Positions 37,571-48,076 of a stretch of DNA of 64,000 bases are shown piece by piece. The notes beneath the pieces were generated by a model, which searched no databases, was not told the DNA's origin, and was given only the letters and a program-made list of their open reading frames with translations. The first letter of the stretch is position 1, and the number at the start of each line of letters is the position of its first letter. Origin of the DNA: a virus; the IMG/VR virus record IMGVR_UViG_3300044697_000029, positions 20,250 through 84,249 of that record, one strand, 5' to 3'. A program made the translations under genes and the position numbers.

Positions 37571-38098
37571 GTGGCGCAATTCCGGGAGTTCCGCAGTCTC
37601 GCCCTCTCGGACGATGAACTGCATGACATGGCGCAGGCCCGCGCCGGCATCACGACTGACGAAGACTTGCCGGAATACCCGCCCGGTCTTCGTTTTACGA
37701 TCCGCGAGCAGTCGTTCGAGGATTTCGGGATCGACGGCGCTCGGCCTGGCGCAACCGTGGAGTTCGCCGCCTTCGCCCGTGTAAGTAGTGTCAGCCTCCG
37801 CACGGACGGCTGCCGCGTCGAGCTTGAGCTGATGATGGTTTCGCTCGATGACGGAGAGTTCGTGGAGTTGCCGGACCAGGATCGGCCGACAATCTGCCTT
37901 GATGAGAATGACCACGAGCGGTTGGACCTGGAGGAAGGATCTGCCGAGCGCGGGCACATCCTGCACCTGATGGGCGCAGCGGAAGTGGTCTCGGTGGACG
38001 ACACCTCTTATGGCGGCAAGTCGCTGGTGCTTCAGATCACAGACGGGATGGTGGTTGAAGACGAAGACGAGGAGGCGCATGACCAGTCCTCGCAGTAG
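37571..38098 (+). CDS. Capsid staple-like protein, tandem duplicated domain
   Basis: YPPGLRFTI...G..V...A.V.SVS...VELEL repeated as PTICLD...G...HL...AEV.SV...LVLQITD. Confidence 0.6.
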   Translation: MAQFREFRSLALSDDELHDMAQARAGITTDEDLPEYPPGLRFTIREQSFEDFGIDGARPGATVEFAAFARVSSVSLRTDGCRVELELMMVSLDDGEFVELPDQDRPTICLDENDHERLDLEEGSAERGHILHLMGAAEVVSVDDTSYGGKSLVLQITDGMVVEDEDEEAHDQSSQ

Positions 38099-38109
38099 AG
38101 GACGAAACG

Positions 38110-38877
38110 ATGAAGACTTGCAAGAGTTGCGGTCAGACGAAAGCGCCAGATGAGTTCCTTCCAGAGCCTCGTGTGCGCGACGGCTTGACGGCGAGATGTC
38201 GCACTTGCCTGTTGGAGTATGGCCGACAGTGGGCAGTGGCGAATGCCGGAAGCGTCAAACGGTCCAGGGAGGCGTACAAGGAACGGAATGCTGACCGGCA
38301 TCGAGCAAACCGCGCTGCCGCGAAAGAGCGCAACACGGAGGCTAGACGCCTCCGAGCCGCCGAGGCTCGCGTTGCCAGAGGGCGGGCGCTTCTTGACCGA
38401 GACGCAGAGTTGCGTAAGCAGATCGACGGGGTCAATGTGCGTCTCTGCTCAAAGTGCCGGCGCTACCAACCATACTCCGCCTTCTCGCCAGCCATCGGGA
38501 GGGGTGACGGCCTACAGCCCTCCTGCAAAGCATGCGGCGCTATGGCTGCCAGAAAAAGCCGCGCAGCGGCGACGTACGAGCAGCGCGAAGCGAAGCGCCG
38601 CTATATGTTGCCATACGGGCTAAAGCGCCTCTATGGAATTTTGCTTGAGGACTACCAGCGAATGAGGGCCGTGCAGGAAGAACGTTGTGGGGTTTGCCAT
38701 GATCCACTACCGACCGGCCGAAGGTGCCATGTTGACCATGACCATCGAACTGGCATCGTTCGTGGGCTGCTCTGTGGGCGATGCAATAATGGGTTGGGCC
38801 AATTTCGTGATGACCCAGCGACGCTTCGCGCGGCTGCTGCATACTTAGAAAACTCGCGAGTGAGGGAAGCTGCATAG
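38110..38877 (+). CDS. Endonuclease VII-type (HNH) homing endonuclease
   Basis: Q..RCGVC, HVDHDH.TG.VRGLLC.RCN.GLG...D; two N-terminal CxxC modules. Confidence 0.92.
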   Translation: MKTCKSCGQTKAPDEFLPEPRVRDGLTARCRTCLLEYGRQWAVANAGSVKRSREAYKERNADRHRANRAAAKERNTEARRLRAAEARVARGRALLDRDAELRKQIDGVNVRLCSKCRRYQPYSAFSPAIGRGDGLQPSCKACGAMAARKSRAAATYEQREAKRRYMLPYGLKRLYGILLEDYQRMRAVQEERCGVCHDPLPTGRRCHVDHDHRTGIVRGLLCGRCNNGLGQFRDDPATLRAAAAYLENSRVREAA

Positions 38878-39365
38878 TGAGCGATGCCCCCTACGGCGCT
38901 GGGGCCGACCCGGACCCGGCTTGGCAATCACACATTGACCGCTTGAACCCTGGCGTCAATCCGGCACATATCCCCGGGCAGGGACCGCCAGCGCAGGAGA
39001 CCGATGAGATGACCCCCGACCAATTCACAGAGTTCAAGGCGCTGGTGACCGATTTCCTGACGCCGGTACGCGAGGTTGCGCTGCGGCATCTTGCATGGAT
39101 GGAGGAACAGCAGCCGATACCGCAGATGCCAAATGTTGCGCCCCCACCAGACCTGTCGCCCGACGTGCAGGATTGGGAGCCGACTGACCTGACGGGTAAT
39201 GACGGGCTACCGATGGTATTCAGTCCATCGCTGAACGTGTACCGCTCTGCGTCGCGACTGGAAGCGGCGAGTAGCTATGATGGCGACGCCCCTCCGGAAC
39301 CCGGTAACCGAGGCGACGAGCGTTCCGCTGATACGGCCCCCACGGGCGACGCTGCCGCCGTCTGA
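38877..39365 (+). CDS. Acidic hypothetical protein
   Basis: Coupled ORF in the late operon. Confidence 0.6.
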   Translation: MSDAPYGAGADPDPAWQSHIDRLNPGVNPAHIPGQGPPAQETDEMTPDQFTEFKALVTDFLTPVREVALRHLAWMEEQQPIPQMPNVAPPPDLSPDVQDWEPTDLTGNDGLPMVFSPSLNVYRSASRLEAASSYDGDAPPEPGNRGDERSADTAPTGDAAAV

Positions 39366-39376
39366 ATGACGCCGCC

Positions 39377-41404
39377 ATGATCCTGCGCCGTCTCGTCGCG
39401 TTGGCTTGTACGCTTGTCCTGGCGCCCGCGTTGGCATGGGCACAAGGTTCCGTGCTGCAAGCTGGCCCTCCGGTTGGCGGCCATGTGCCGATGTATTCGC
39501 CAGGGGGCAGCTTTCAGGCCGTCATTCAGGACAGCGGACCGGCCAGCGGAGGGCAGCCTGGCCTTGGCCTGTCGGAACTTCTCGGCGTGTCACGTTCCCC
39601 CAATGCCAACAGTGGAACCGGCCCACTGGGAACCCATGCGTGCTGGTATGACGCCCCCATCACAACCGGCGGCTATCATTACATCTGCTTTGACCCGAAC
39701 GCCCAAGGTGGCGGCCTCATCGCGTATGGCAATGCCGGCACCGCGCCGCAGGAGTCGCTACAGATCGCCGTCAACGGAACGGCCTACCCATTTCCCTTCG
39801 TGCTGAGCGGCATCGCTGGCCCATCCGTCAGCACGCCCAACGATCTCATGTGCTGGAACAATTCCAACGGCACGCTGGCAAAAGACTGTGGCGAGGGTTC
39901 CAGCACAATCAATTTCGGCAACCAGCTCGGAACGGGCATCTGCCTAGGATGCAACACTGCTCTCGGCCTGAACGGTCTTGACCTTGCGGTGTATGGCAAC
40001 GGTAGCTGGGGCTACGTACAGCCCTCCACGCCGCTTCGGGGAGGCCAATGGCAGGTTTACAGCACATTCGCCACAGCCCGCGCGGCGGCGAGCGGCTCTG
40101 CCACGCTGGTCCTGAGCAGTGGCGCGACCGTCAACCCGGCGTGGATCGGGCTACCGTTCGGCTACTACGTTCCAGACGGCGGCGGCTTTGGGCTGCGGTA
40201 CTACGTGCAAAGCGTCAATGTCGGCGCCAACTCCGTCACGCTCACCAATCTCGATGCTTCCACACCGACGTTCTCCAGCGGCAATGGCGATTTTTTCTTC
40301 GGTGCGGACGTAAACGTCTCGGTGGTCAACTGCTCCGGTTCGACGTGCACATGGGTAAGCGGTGAGCAGTTCTCTCCTTTCGCCGCGGGCGGAACAACGG
40401 CTGTTGCAGTGATCGGTGGCACGGATTACGTCATCAACTCATCGACGGCGACCACGCTTTCGCTGGCTACAAGCGCGGGTACACAAACCGGCGTCTCCAT
40501 GACGCAATATACCTGGGACTTCGACACCGCCACGAACTACCGAGCCCAACTTGTTGCGGGATCGTGGGAAGAGAACTTGTTTATTGGCGCCCGCGCGATC
40601 GGCGATTTTGAAATCCGCGGGCTGCAATCCGGCGTTGGGCAGTTCCACCCGCTAGTGATCGGCAACGGATTCTCCGGATCGCCAACCAACTTCCTTTACG
40701 ACCAGATCGTTGAGAACCCAGACGGGATGCTTTCTCTGGGCGGCTCCGAGGGTGGCGACACTCTTAGAGTGCAGCCAACCAATGACTCGGCCGCCACCAA
40801 CTATCTCTACATGCCCACCCCATACACGGGAGACAACATCGCCCTGTCGGCTCGCACGAACGGGAGTGATAGCGCGGTCAATATCAACTTCGATACGCTC
40901 GGGACCGGCGCCACAATCTTTACGAGCCACACTTTCGGCTACACCGAGTTCGCGATTTATGGAGCCGGCCACGCGGACTATCCCACAGCAGCCAGCGGGT
41001 CCGGATCAGCGGTCTTTGGGGCGGCCTCTGGCACCGACACGAATGTCAATGTCCAGATGCTGCCGAAGGGAACCGGGATCGTATTGCTCGGCAATCTATG
41101 CACCGCGTCCGGATCAACGCCGCAGACATGCAATGATCCCCGCGGCATTGTCACCACCTCATCCCTTTCGACCGCCGCCTCGACGCTCGCCGCCGACTAT
41201 GTGATCGACGACAGTTCGGTGACTGGCAGTTCGATGGTGCAGTGCACGATCGATGCGTATTCCGGGACATGGCATACAAACGGCGTCCCCGTCATCGCCG
41301 CGTGCATCCCTGGGAGTGGCACGATTACGGTCAAGATTCAGAATGTTGATACTGCGAATGCGCTCAGTGGCACGGTTGGGATCGGCTTTGCCGTATTGAA
41401 CTGA
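39377..41404 (+). CDS. Tail fibre/spike-like protein with N-terminal signal peptide
   Basis: MILRRLVALACTLVLAPALAWA-Q; Gly/Ser/Thr-rich; DTNVNVQMLPKGTG fibre motif; 12 Cys after the signal. Confidence 0.8.
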   Translation: MILRRLVALACTLVLAPALAWAQGSVLQAGPPVGGHVPMYSPGGSFQAVIQDSGPASGGQPGLGLSELLGVSRSPNANSGTGPLGTHACWYDAPITTGGYHYICFDPNAQGGGLIAYGNAGTAPQESLQIAVNGTAYPFPFVLSGIAGPSVSTPNDLMCWNNSNGTLAKDCGEGSSTINFGNQLGTGICLGCNTALGLNGLDLAVYGNGSWGYVQPSTPLRGGQWQVYSTFATARAAASGSATLVLSSGATVNPAWIGLPFGYYVPDGGGFGLRYYVQSVNVGANSVTLTNLDASTPTFSSGNGDFFFGADVNVSVVNCSGSTCTWVSGEQFSPFAAGGTTAVAVIGGTDYVINSSTATTLSLATSAGTQTGVSMTQYTWDFDTATNYRAQLVAGSWEENLFIGARAIGDFEIRGLQSGVGQFHPLVIGNGFSGSPTNFLYDQIVENPDGMLSLGGSEGGDTLRVQPTNDSAATNYLYMPTPYTGDNIALSARTNGSDSAVNINFDTLGTGATIFTSHTFGYTEFAIYGAGHADYPTAASGSGSAVFGAASGTDTNVNVQMLPKGTGIVLLGNLCTASGSTPQTCNDPRGIVTTSSLSTAASTLAADYVIDDSSVTGSSMVQCTIDAYSGTWHTNGVPVIAACIPGSGTITVKIQNVDTANALSGTVGIGFAVLN

Positions 41405-41976
41405 TGATGACGGCACTCGATATCGTAAATGCCGCCATCCAGTACATCGGCGACGACCAGCCTCCGGTCACAGGTTCGTACCCGACCTTCGATGACAGTG
41501 CGGCCGGGATCGCGGCTGCTGCACTCTACGGCTCCTGCGTCTCGACGGTGGCCCGGCAGTTCGGATGGGATTTCGGGCGCAACCAGGTCGCGCTGGCGAC
41601 ATCTGGGAATGCGGCGCCGCTAGGATGGGCCTACGAGTATCTCTACCCATCCCTCGCCGTTGAGGTGCAGCAGATCGTTCCGCCTGCCATCGCTGATCCG
41701 AACAATCCGCTGCCGCAGAACTGGTCTGTTGGCAGCGCTCTTGTTTCTGGGGTGCCCACCAAGGTGATCTGGTCGAATGAGCAGGCGGCTTTGGCGGTGT
41801 TCACCAATCCGCAGTTGAGCAACCCGACCGTGTGGGACCCGTTGTTTCGCGAGGCGGTGGTGCGGCTGCTGGGGTCCGAGATGGCGATTGCGGTTGCCGG
41901 CAAGCCGGATACGAGCCGCGACCTGCTTGAAAGCGCCAGCGGCTTCGGGAATGCCGGGATGACGAGGCCGAACTAG
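41404..41976 (+). CDS. Head-tail adaptor (tail tubular protein A-like), paralogue 1
   Basis: DIVNAAI..IG, WDF, WAYEYLYP, WDPLFREAV. Confidence 0.75.
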   Translation: MMTALDIVNAAIQYIGDDQPPVTGSYPTFDDSAAGIAAAALYGSCVSTVARQFGWDFGRNQVALATSGNAAPLGWAYEYLYPSLAVEVQQIVPPAIADPNNPLPQNWSVGSALVSGVPTKVIWSNEQAALAVFTNPQLSNPTVWDPLFREAVVRLLGSEMAIAVAGKPDTSRDLLESASGFGNAGMTRPN

Positions 41977-41991
41977 AGGAGCGCCAACTTC

Positions 41992-42501
41992 TCAGCCCCA
42001 CGTTTGGTTTGGTGGCGGGGGGCCTTGATAGTCCTGTGTATTGATAAGAAAAGCGCAACGCGGCTCATGAAAACTGAACTTTGTCGGGGCACGCGATGCC
42101 TGTAGCGGCTCGCCGCAACGCGCGGCGTTGATGGCGCACCCAGCAATCGCACGTAACCGCTCCCGATTGTCAGGGTCCATGTTCCATTTTCCGCCATGAA
42201 AGTGTGGGTCACTCGCCTTTCCCACCGCGATGGCCGCAGCGTCCAACAGAGTCGCGCTATCTACTGGTTGTGGTGCTGCAAGATTCGGAATTATGAGGTG
42301 CGGACCGCCAGAATGGCGCAGTTCCGCATCTATCATGGCCTGATAGTGCGCCTTACAATCGGGGGCGGCTACCGCCATCGCCGCAGTTGGCTCGCGCATT
42401 TCCACCAACACGTCGTGCGCAATGAGCCGCCAGTCCGAAACGCCGCTCAGGACACCATCCTGGATAACCTTCGCAACGCGGTCTATCAGGTCGCCGTCCA
42501 T
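41992..42501 (-). CDS. Antisense hypothetical protein (moron-like)
   Basis: AGGAG SD; IDRVAK...MREPT.AM...YQAMIDA. Confidence 0.6.
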   Translation of the reverse strand: MDGDLIDRVAKVIQDGVLSGVSDWRLIAHDVLVEMREPTAAMAVAAPDCKAHYQAMIDAELRHSGGPHLIIPNLAAPQPVDSATLLDAAAIAVGKASDPHFHGGKWNMDPDNRERLRAIAGCAINAARCGEPLQASRAPTKFSFHEPRCAFLINTQDYQGPPPPNQTWG

Positions 42502-42523
42502 CGGGCTGCTCCTAGGGGAATGA

Positions 42524-43156
42524 ATGGTCGCATCTGTCCAGTCTCCGGCCGATATTGTCAACCTCGCGCTATCCCGTGCCGGCCGCACGGAGCGCGTCGG
42601 CAATCTCTACGACGGCAGCGAGTTCGCCAAACGCGCGCTCGACACGTACGGCCAGACCCGCGACGCGCTGCTCCGCAACGCAGACTGGGGCTTTCCGCGC
42701 CGCGATACTGCGCTGACGCTGCTGAAGTCCGCGCCGGCAGGCGGCTACGTGCCAGGCATTTCGACGTGGAATCCAGCGCTCAACCCGCCGCGGCCGTACT
42801 CGTACGAATACGCCTACCCGACTGACTGCATGCTGCTGCGCGCGATCCGGCCACCGTCGATCTGGCAGCCTGAGTTCACGCCGCTGCCGCAGGTGTTCGA
42901 GATCGCCAACGACGCGGTACCGGTGAACAACCAAGGGGGCGCCCCGGGGCGTGTGATCCTGTGCTACCTCGGCGACGCAGTGGCTACCTACTGCGGGCAA
43001 GTCACAGACATGACGCAGTGGGATATCGGGTTCGTTGAGGCGATGGCAAACGAAATGGCGCGGGCATTGAGCATGGGGAAAGTGGCGCCGCAACAGCAGG
43101 CCAACCCGTTCCCGGGTGCGATACAGCCGGTGCATACGCCGGTTTTGCAGGGATAA
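42524..43156 (+). CDS. Head-tail adaptor paralogue 2
   Basis: DIVNLAL..AG, RDALLR..DWGF, YEYAYPTDC, WD.GFVEAM. Confidence 0.8.
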   Translation: MVASVQSPADIVNLALSRAGRTERVGNLYDGSEFAKRALDTYGQTRDALLRNADWGFPRRDTALTLLKSAPAGGYVPGISTWNPALNPPRPYSYEYAYPTDCMLLRAIRPPSIWQPEFTPLPQVFEIANDAVPVNNQGGAPGRVILCYLGDAVATYCGQVTDMTQWDIGFVEAMANEMARALSMGKVAPQQQANPFPGAIQPVHTPVLQG

Positions 43157-43159
43157 CCG

Positions 43160-44080
43160 ATGCAGGTCGAGGACATTTGTAACAGAGCACTCGATATCTG
43201 CGGGTGTCCTGAGCAGGCAATCGGTGACATCCAGCAGGGCACCAACGCTGCCCGTATTCTGCTGCGGCACTACATCCCGTGCCTTGAGCAATTGTCGCGC
43301 GCCGCATACTGGAATACGCATCGTAAACAAGCGCCGATGCAGTTGCTCGGCGCCAAGCCGGGTTTCGGTCCTGCGGTTCCGAGCGGCCAACAGCCGACAT
43401 ATGGTTCACAGGTTATCTTCCCTTGGACCTATGAATATGCGTGGCCGATCGACTGCGTCGCCGCAAGATTTGTACCGTGGAACAATAGCCTTCCACAGAG
43501 CGCGACTCCCTCCAACAATACCTCCGTTCCGCCGGTCCCTCCCACCACATTCGACGCGCCGTTCCAGACACCGGCTACCATCATGCCGGCAAGAATGTTG
43601 GTTGCCAGCGACAACAACTATCCTCTGCCGATCAGTCCGGAGACACCGCCGCAACAATGGTGGAACACACGCGGTGCCGCACCCGACATCAGAACGGTCG
43701 TGCTGACCAATGTTCCGAATGCCGAGTTGGTCTATACGGCATTCATCCCCTACCCAAATCTGTGGGACCCGCTGTTCCAGGAAGCGATGGCGGCGCTGTT
43801 GGCGACGTATCTTGCACTGCCATGCAATGCGGACAAGAAGGAGGGACGCGCCCTGCGGGCCGAAGCGATTGCGATTGCGAAAGCCGCTATAGGACAGGCG
43901 CGGGTGCGCGATGGGAATGAGGGAACGAATGTCCTCACCCACACACCGGATTGGATACGAGCGCGCAACAGAGGCGCCAGCTATGCGGGATGGGGTGGCC
44001 TTGGCGGCTTTGAAGATGGTCCTGGCGTTCTAGGCTACGGCTGGTCGAGTTGCGTGTTCGGCGATGGCACCGCATTTTAG
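43160..44080 (+). CDS. Head-tail adaptor paralogue 3
   Basis: DICNRAL..CG, WN, WTYEYAWPIDC, WDPLFQEAM. Confidence 0.8.
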   Translation: MQVEDICNRALDICGCPEQAIGDIQQGTNAARILLRHYIPCLEQLSRAAYWNTHRKQAPMQLLGAKPGFGPAVPSGQQPTYGSQVIFPWTYEYAWPIDCVAARFVPWNNSLPQSATPSNNTSVPPVPPTTFDAPFQTPATIMPARMLVASDNNYPLPISPETPPQQWWNTRGAAPDIRTVVLTNVPNAELVYTAFIPYPNLWDPLFQEAMAALLATYLALPCNADKKEGRALRAEAIAIAKAAIGQARVRDGNEGTNVLTHTPDWIRARNRGASYAGWGGLGGFEDGPGVLGYGWSSCVFGDGTAF

Positions 44081-44095
44081 TCCGAAGTCGTAATA

Positions 44096-47000
44096 ATGTC
44101 CGTCCCCTTCGGCCAATTCGCTTTCAGTCGCGGCGAGATCGCGCCCGCGCTTTTCGGGCACGTCGATCTTGCCGGTTTCCACGTCGCCGCGTCCACGATG
44201 CGGAATATGTTCGTGGGGTTCACCGGAGGTGCCTACAGCCGGCCCGGAACGTCCTTCGTCGGCTTTTCCAAGCAGACCGGGCGCGGCTATCCGCCGCGCC
44301 TTGTGCCGTTTCAGTTCTCGATCCTTCAGGGCCTCGCGCTTGAGTTCGGCAACGAATACATGCGCGTCATCAGCAACGGCGCGTTTGTCACTGAGGCGCC
44401 AATCGCGATCACCGGTGCGACGAAAGCGAATCCGTGCGTCCTGAGCATCACAGCGGACGGCGCGACTGCGGCGACGCCGGTCGCCAACTCGACCACTTCC
44501 CCCTATGCTCCTGGCGATACGATTACGCTGGCGGGTGGCACATATGGCACGCCAGCAGTGCTCGCCGTTACCAACACGCTGTTGCAGAGCGTGGACGTGA
44601 ACGCGGCTGGCATCACCTACGTCCCTGGTGATACCATCGTCCCGGCCGGGGGGACGCAATCGACTCCGGCGCAGTTGACCGTTGCCACGACACAAGTCGT
44701 TTCTGCGACCATCAATGCGGGCGGATCAAGCGGCACGGATGGCACGCAGACAGTGACGGGAACCACCGGGACCGGGACAAAGTTCCAGGCGTCCGTCACC
44801 GTTTCCGGAGGCGCAATCACGGCAATCCTCGCCATCACGGTGCCGGGCGCCTATACTGCAAACCCGAGCAACCTCGGGGCGGAGCCGGTCAGCGGCGGCA
44901 CATTGACCGGCGCATCCCTCGCCGTCGTCATGGGCTGCCGCACGGTCAGCGTATCCGCCGCCGGCGTGTTCACAGCGAATCCGTCCGACCGGGCTTTCAC
45001 GCAAGCATCCACATCCGGGTTAGGGACCGATGCCACCTTCGATTTCGCGGTCATGGCGCCGCACGCCGTTACGGTTTCGGCGGCCGGCAATTATAGCGTC
45101 GAACCCAGCAATCCGGTGGGGCAGTCCGCGACCAGTGGCGAGGGCGATGGCGCGACCTTCAATGTGACCTGGGGTGCGGCTGCTGCATTCGGCGCCGGCG
45201 ACTGGATCGCGGTTGCCGGGGTTGGCGGAATGACCGAGCTAAACGGCAACACCTATGTCGTGGGTTCCGCGTCGTCGTCTGGCGTGTCGCTGACGGATGT
45301 CTATGGCAACAACATAAACTCAACAGCTTTCGGCGCCTACACCTCTGGGGGCACTGCCGCGCGCATCTATACGCTGACCACACCATATTCCGAGATCGAT
45401 CTCCCTTATCTGAAATGGACCCAATCGGCCGATGTCATGTCGATCTGCTGTCGGAATCAGCAAACCGGCACGGAATACGAGCCGATGGAACTGTCCCGGT
45501 ATGCTGACGACAATTTCGTGCTGGCACCCTTGGCGATCGGCGCATCCGCAGCGGCGCCCACCGGCGCATCGGCTGTATCTTCTGGCGGCAGCGGCACCAC
45601 CCACTATCAGTATGTCATCACGTCGATTGATCCGGCCAACGGAACGGAAAGCGTGGCAAGCAACATTGCCGAACTGGACAATGTGATTGATATCGCGGCC
45701 ACAGCCGGCTCAAATCAGGTCTCATGGAATCAGGTCGTCGGCGCCAACAACTATAATGTCTATAAGGCGGCGGAATCACAGCTTCCCATTCCGATCGGAT
45801 CAGCATTCGGCTATGCCGCGACGGTCGCTGGAACATCTTGGAACGATACGAACATCGTTCCTGACTTCCAGCAGGTGCCTCCCCTTGATACGAATCCGTT
45901 CGCGCGCGGTGCGATTCTCGGCGTGCCTGTAATCGCTGGCGGCGGCGGCTATACCAGTTCGTGCACGGCGACCATCACGACCAGTACAGGGAGCGGCGCG
46001 CTTCTTGCCACGGTCACGAGCAATGGTGTCCTGGTGGATGTCATCGTGCTGGCGGCGGGCAAGAACTACGCGCCGACGGATTATGTCACGATCACCGGCA
46101 ATGGCGCGGGTGCGGAAGCCGCCCTTACGGTAGGCCCGAGCAGCGGAACCTATCCAAGCGTGGTCGCCTACTACCAGCAGCGCCGGGTCTATGCCTCCAG
46201 CGGCAACAATCCGGATACCTACTGGATGTCGCAGCCCGGCAATTTCCTTGATTTCGACGTGCGCGTGCCGACCATTGCTTCCGATGCGATAACCGGCAAT
46301 CCTTGGTCGGTCCAGGTGAACGGGATACAGTGGATGCTGCCGATGCCGGGCGGCCTCCTGGTGTTCACTGGTGAGCAACTTTGGCAATTGACCGGCGCGG
46401 GCGGCTCTGGGCTGTCTCCCGTCGCGATCACGCCGAGCGACCAGCAGGCGCAGCCGCAGGCGTTCAATGGCATTTCCGCTACTGTTCCCCCCACCCAGAT
46501 CGGCTATGACGTGCTGTTCACGGATGCCGTGGGCAGCAACGTCTATGACGTCACCTACCAGTACTGGCTGAATATCTACACCGGCACCGACATAACGATT
46601 TTCTCGACGCATCTGTTCAAGGGATTTTCGGTCGAGCAATGGGCGTGGTGCCGCCAGCCCTACAAGATCGTCTGGGCTGTGCGCAGCGACGGCGCCGCCC
46701 TGTCCCTCACCTTCCTCAAAGAGCAAGAAGTCATCGGCTGGGCACGGCATGATACGCAGGGACTTTTCGAGAGTGTGTGCTCAGTCATCGAGCCGCCGGT
46801 GAACGCTCCGTATTTCGCCGCGCAGCGATTTCTAGCGGCGGGAACGGCCTACACGATCGAGCGCATGGACAACCGGCAGTGGGCTGCGATTGAGGACTCT
46901 TGGTGCGTCGATGCAGCGGTATCGCTGCCGCACACCTATCCGCAGGCCACACTCTATGCAAGTTCGGCCACGGGTCTCGGCGCGATCTCAGGCGTTACCG

Positions 47001-48076
47001 ATCTCGTGGGCGGAAGCAACTATTCGGCTGCGACAACCGCTCAGGTGATCGACCAGAATGGTGAGGGACCGGGAGGCGGCGCAACCCCCGAGCTGACGAT
47101 CGTTGATGGCGTCGTGACAGCGGTCGCTTTCGGTGCGCAGGGCGCTGGATATATCTACCCGGCGCTGGTGTTCAACGATCCCAGTGGCATGGGCAACGGC
47201 GCGTCAGGGACGTGCGTGCTCGACAACAGCGCGACATTCTCCGCGACTGCTGGGGTATTCTCGGTCGGGAATGTGGGGAATGTGATCCGAACCGGCGGCG
47301 GCGTGGCGACGATCACGGCCTACACGGATGCCGAACACGTTACAGCGAACATCACGCAGCCGATCGTGCAGACCATCCCGAATACGGGGGGGGCACCGAT
47401 CCCGCAGACCGCTGGCAACTGGACGATGGATGCGCCGGTGACAATGGTCAGCGGCCTTGGTCATCTTGCCGGGATGTCGGTAACAGGACTGGCAGACGGT
47501 GCGGTGATCCCCCCGACAACCGTAAGTACCACAGGGTCGATCTCGCTCGGGACAGCGGCAACCCAGGTCATTGTGGGGCTTGGTTTCGAGGCGCAGTTGC
47601 AGCAACCGTACATGCCGGAGCAGACCGTGCAGGGTCAGCGTAAGCGCATCGCGCGGGTGACAGCGCGCGTCGAGGCATCGGGGCAATTCCTGATCGGGGC
47701 CAATCAGCCCGATGCCTCGACGCTTTCCCCGCCGCGTCTTGTCGCGGCCTGGAACAACATGGCTGTCGCCAATCCAGGCCAGATGACACCCCCCTTGCTG
47801 CCGCCGTATGGTGGCACGACATTGCCGCTCTACACGGGCGATATCCGCATCCCAGTCAAGGGAGGGTTTGCCAAGCCCGGACAGGCGGCCGTCCAGCAAA
47901 GCCTTCCATTGCCGCTGAACGTGCTTGCATTTGTTCCGGAATACGATCTCGGAGATCTTGTCGAGGGAGGCAAGCCAGCGGCACGTTCTCCCCAGGAACA
48001 GCGGCGCAGCGGCCAGCAAGGGCCGGCGGGCCCCCTAATGCCACCGTTTGCCTCGGGTCAGTATGGCGTGCGTTGA
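44096..48076 (+). CDS. Tail nozzle (tail tubular protein B-like) with large inserted domains
   Basis: FSRGEIAP, N.FV...GG...RPG, RLVPFQFS, TQSADV, YPS.V.YYQQR, EQEVIGWARHDT. Confidence 0.88.
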   Translation: MSVPFGQFAFSRGEIAPALFGHVDLAGFHVAASTMRNMFVGFTGGAYSRPGTSFVGFSKQTGRGYPPRLVPFQFSILQGLALEFGNEYMRVISNGAFVTEAPIAITGATKANPCVLSITADGATAATPVANSTTSPYAPGDTITLAGGTYGTPAVLAVTNTLLQSVDVNAAGITYVPGDTIVPAGGTQSTPAQLTVATTQVVSATINAGGSSGTDGTQTVTGTTGTGTKFQASVTVSGGAITAILAITVPGAYTANPSNLGAEPVSGGTLTGASLAVVMGCRTVSVSAAGVFTANPSDRAFTQASTSGLGTDATFDFAVMAPHAVTVSAAGNYSVEPSNPVGQSATSGEGDGATFNVTWGAAAAFGAGDWIAVAGVGGMTELNGNTYVVGSASSSGVSLTDVYGNNINSTAFGAYTSGGTAARIYTLTTPYSEIDLPYLKWTQSADVMSICCRNQQTGTEYEPMELSRYADDNFVLAPLAIGASAAAPTGASAVSSGGSGTTHYQYVITSIDPANGTESVASNIAELDNVIDIAATAGSNQVSWNQVVGANNYNVYKAAESQLPIPIGSAFGYAATVAGTSWNDTNIVPDFQQVPPLDTNPFARGAILGVPVIAGGGGYTSSCTATITTSTGSGALLATVTSNGVLVDVIVLAAGKNYAPTDYVTITGNGAGAEAALTVGPSSGTYPSVVAYYQQRRVYASSGNNPDTYWMSQPGNFLDFDVRVPTIASDAITGNPWSVQVNGIQWMLPMPGGLLVFTGEQLWQLTGAGGSGLSPVAITPSDQQAQPQAFNGISATVPPTQIGYDVLFTDAVGSNVYDVTYQYWLNIYTGTDITIFSTHLFKGFSVEQWAWCRQPYKIVWAVRSDGAALSLTFLKEQEVIGWARHDTQGLFESVCSVIEPPVNAPYFAAQRFLAAGTAYTIERMDNRQWAAIEDSWCVDAAVSLPHTYPQATLYASSATGLGAISGVTDLVGGSNYSAATTAQVIDQNGEGPGGGATPELTIVDGVVTAVAFGAQGAGYIYPALVFNDPSGMGNGASGTCVLDNSATFSATAGVFSVGNVGNVIRTGGGVATITAYTDAEHVTANITQPIVQTIPNTGGAPIPQTAGNWTMDAPVTMVSGLGHLAGMSVTGLADGAVIPPTTVSTTGSISLGTAATQVIVGLGFEAQLQQPYMPEQTVQGQRKRIARVTARVEASGQFLIGANQPDASTLSPPRLVAAWNNMAVANPGQMTPPLLPPYGGTTLPLYTGDIRIPVKGGFAKPGQAAVQQSLPLPLNVLAFVPEYDLGDLVEGGKPAARSPQEQRRSGQQGPAGPLMPPFASGQYGVR

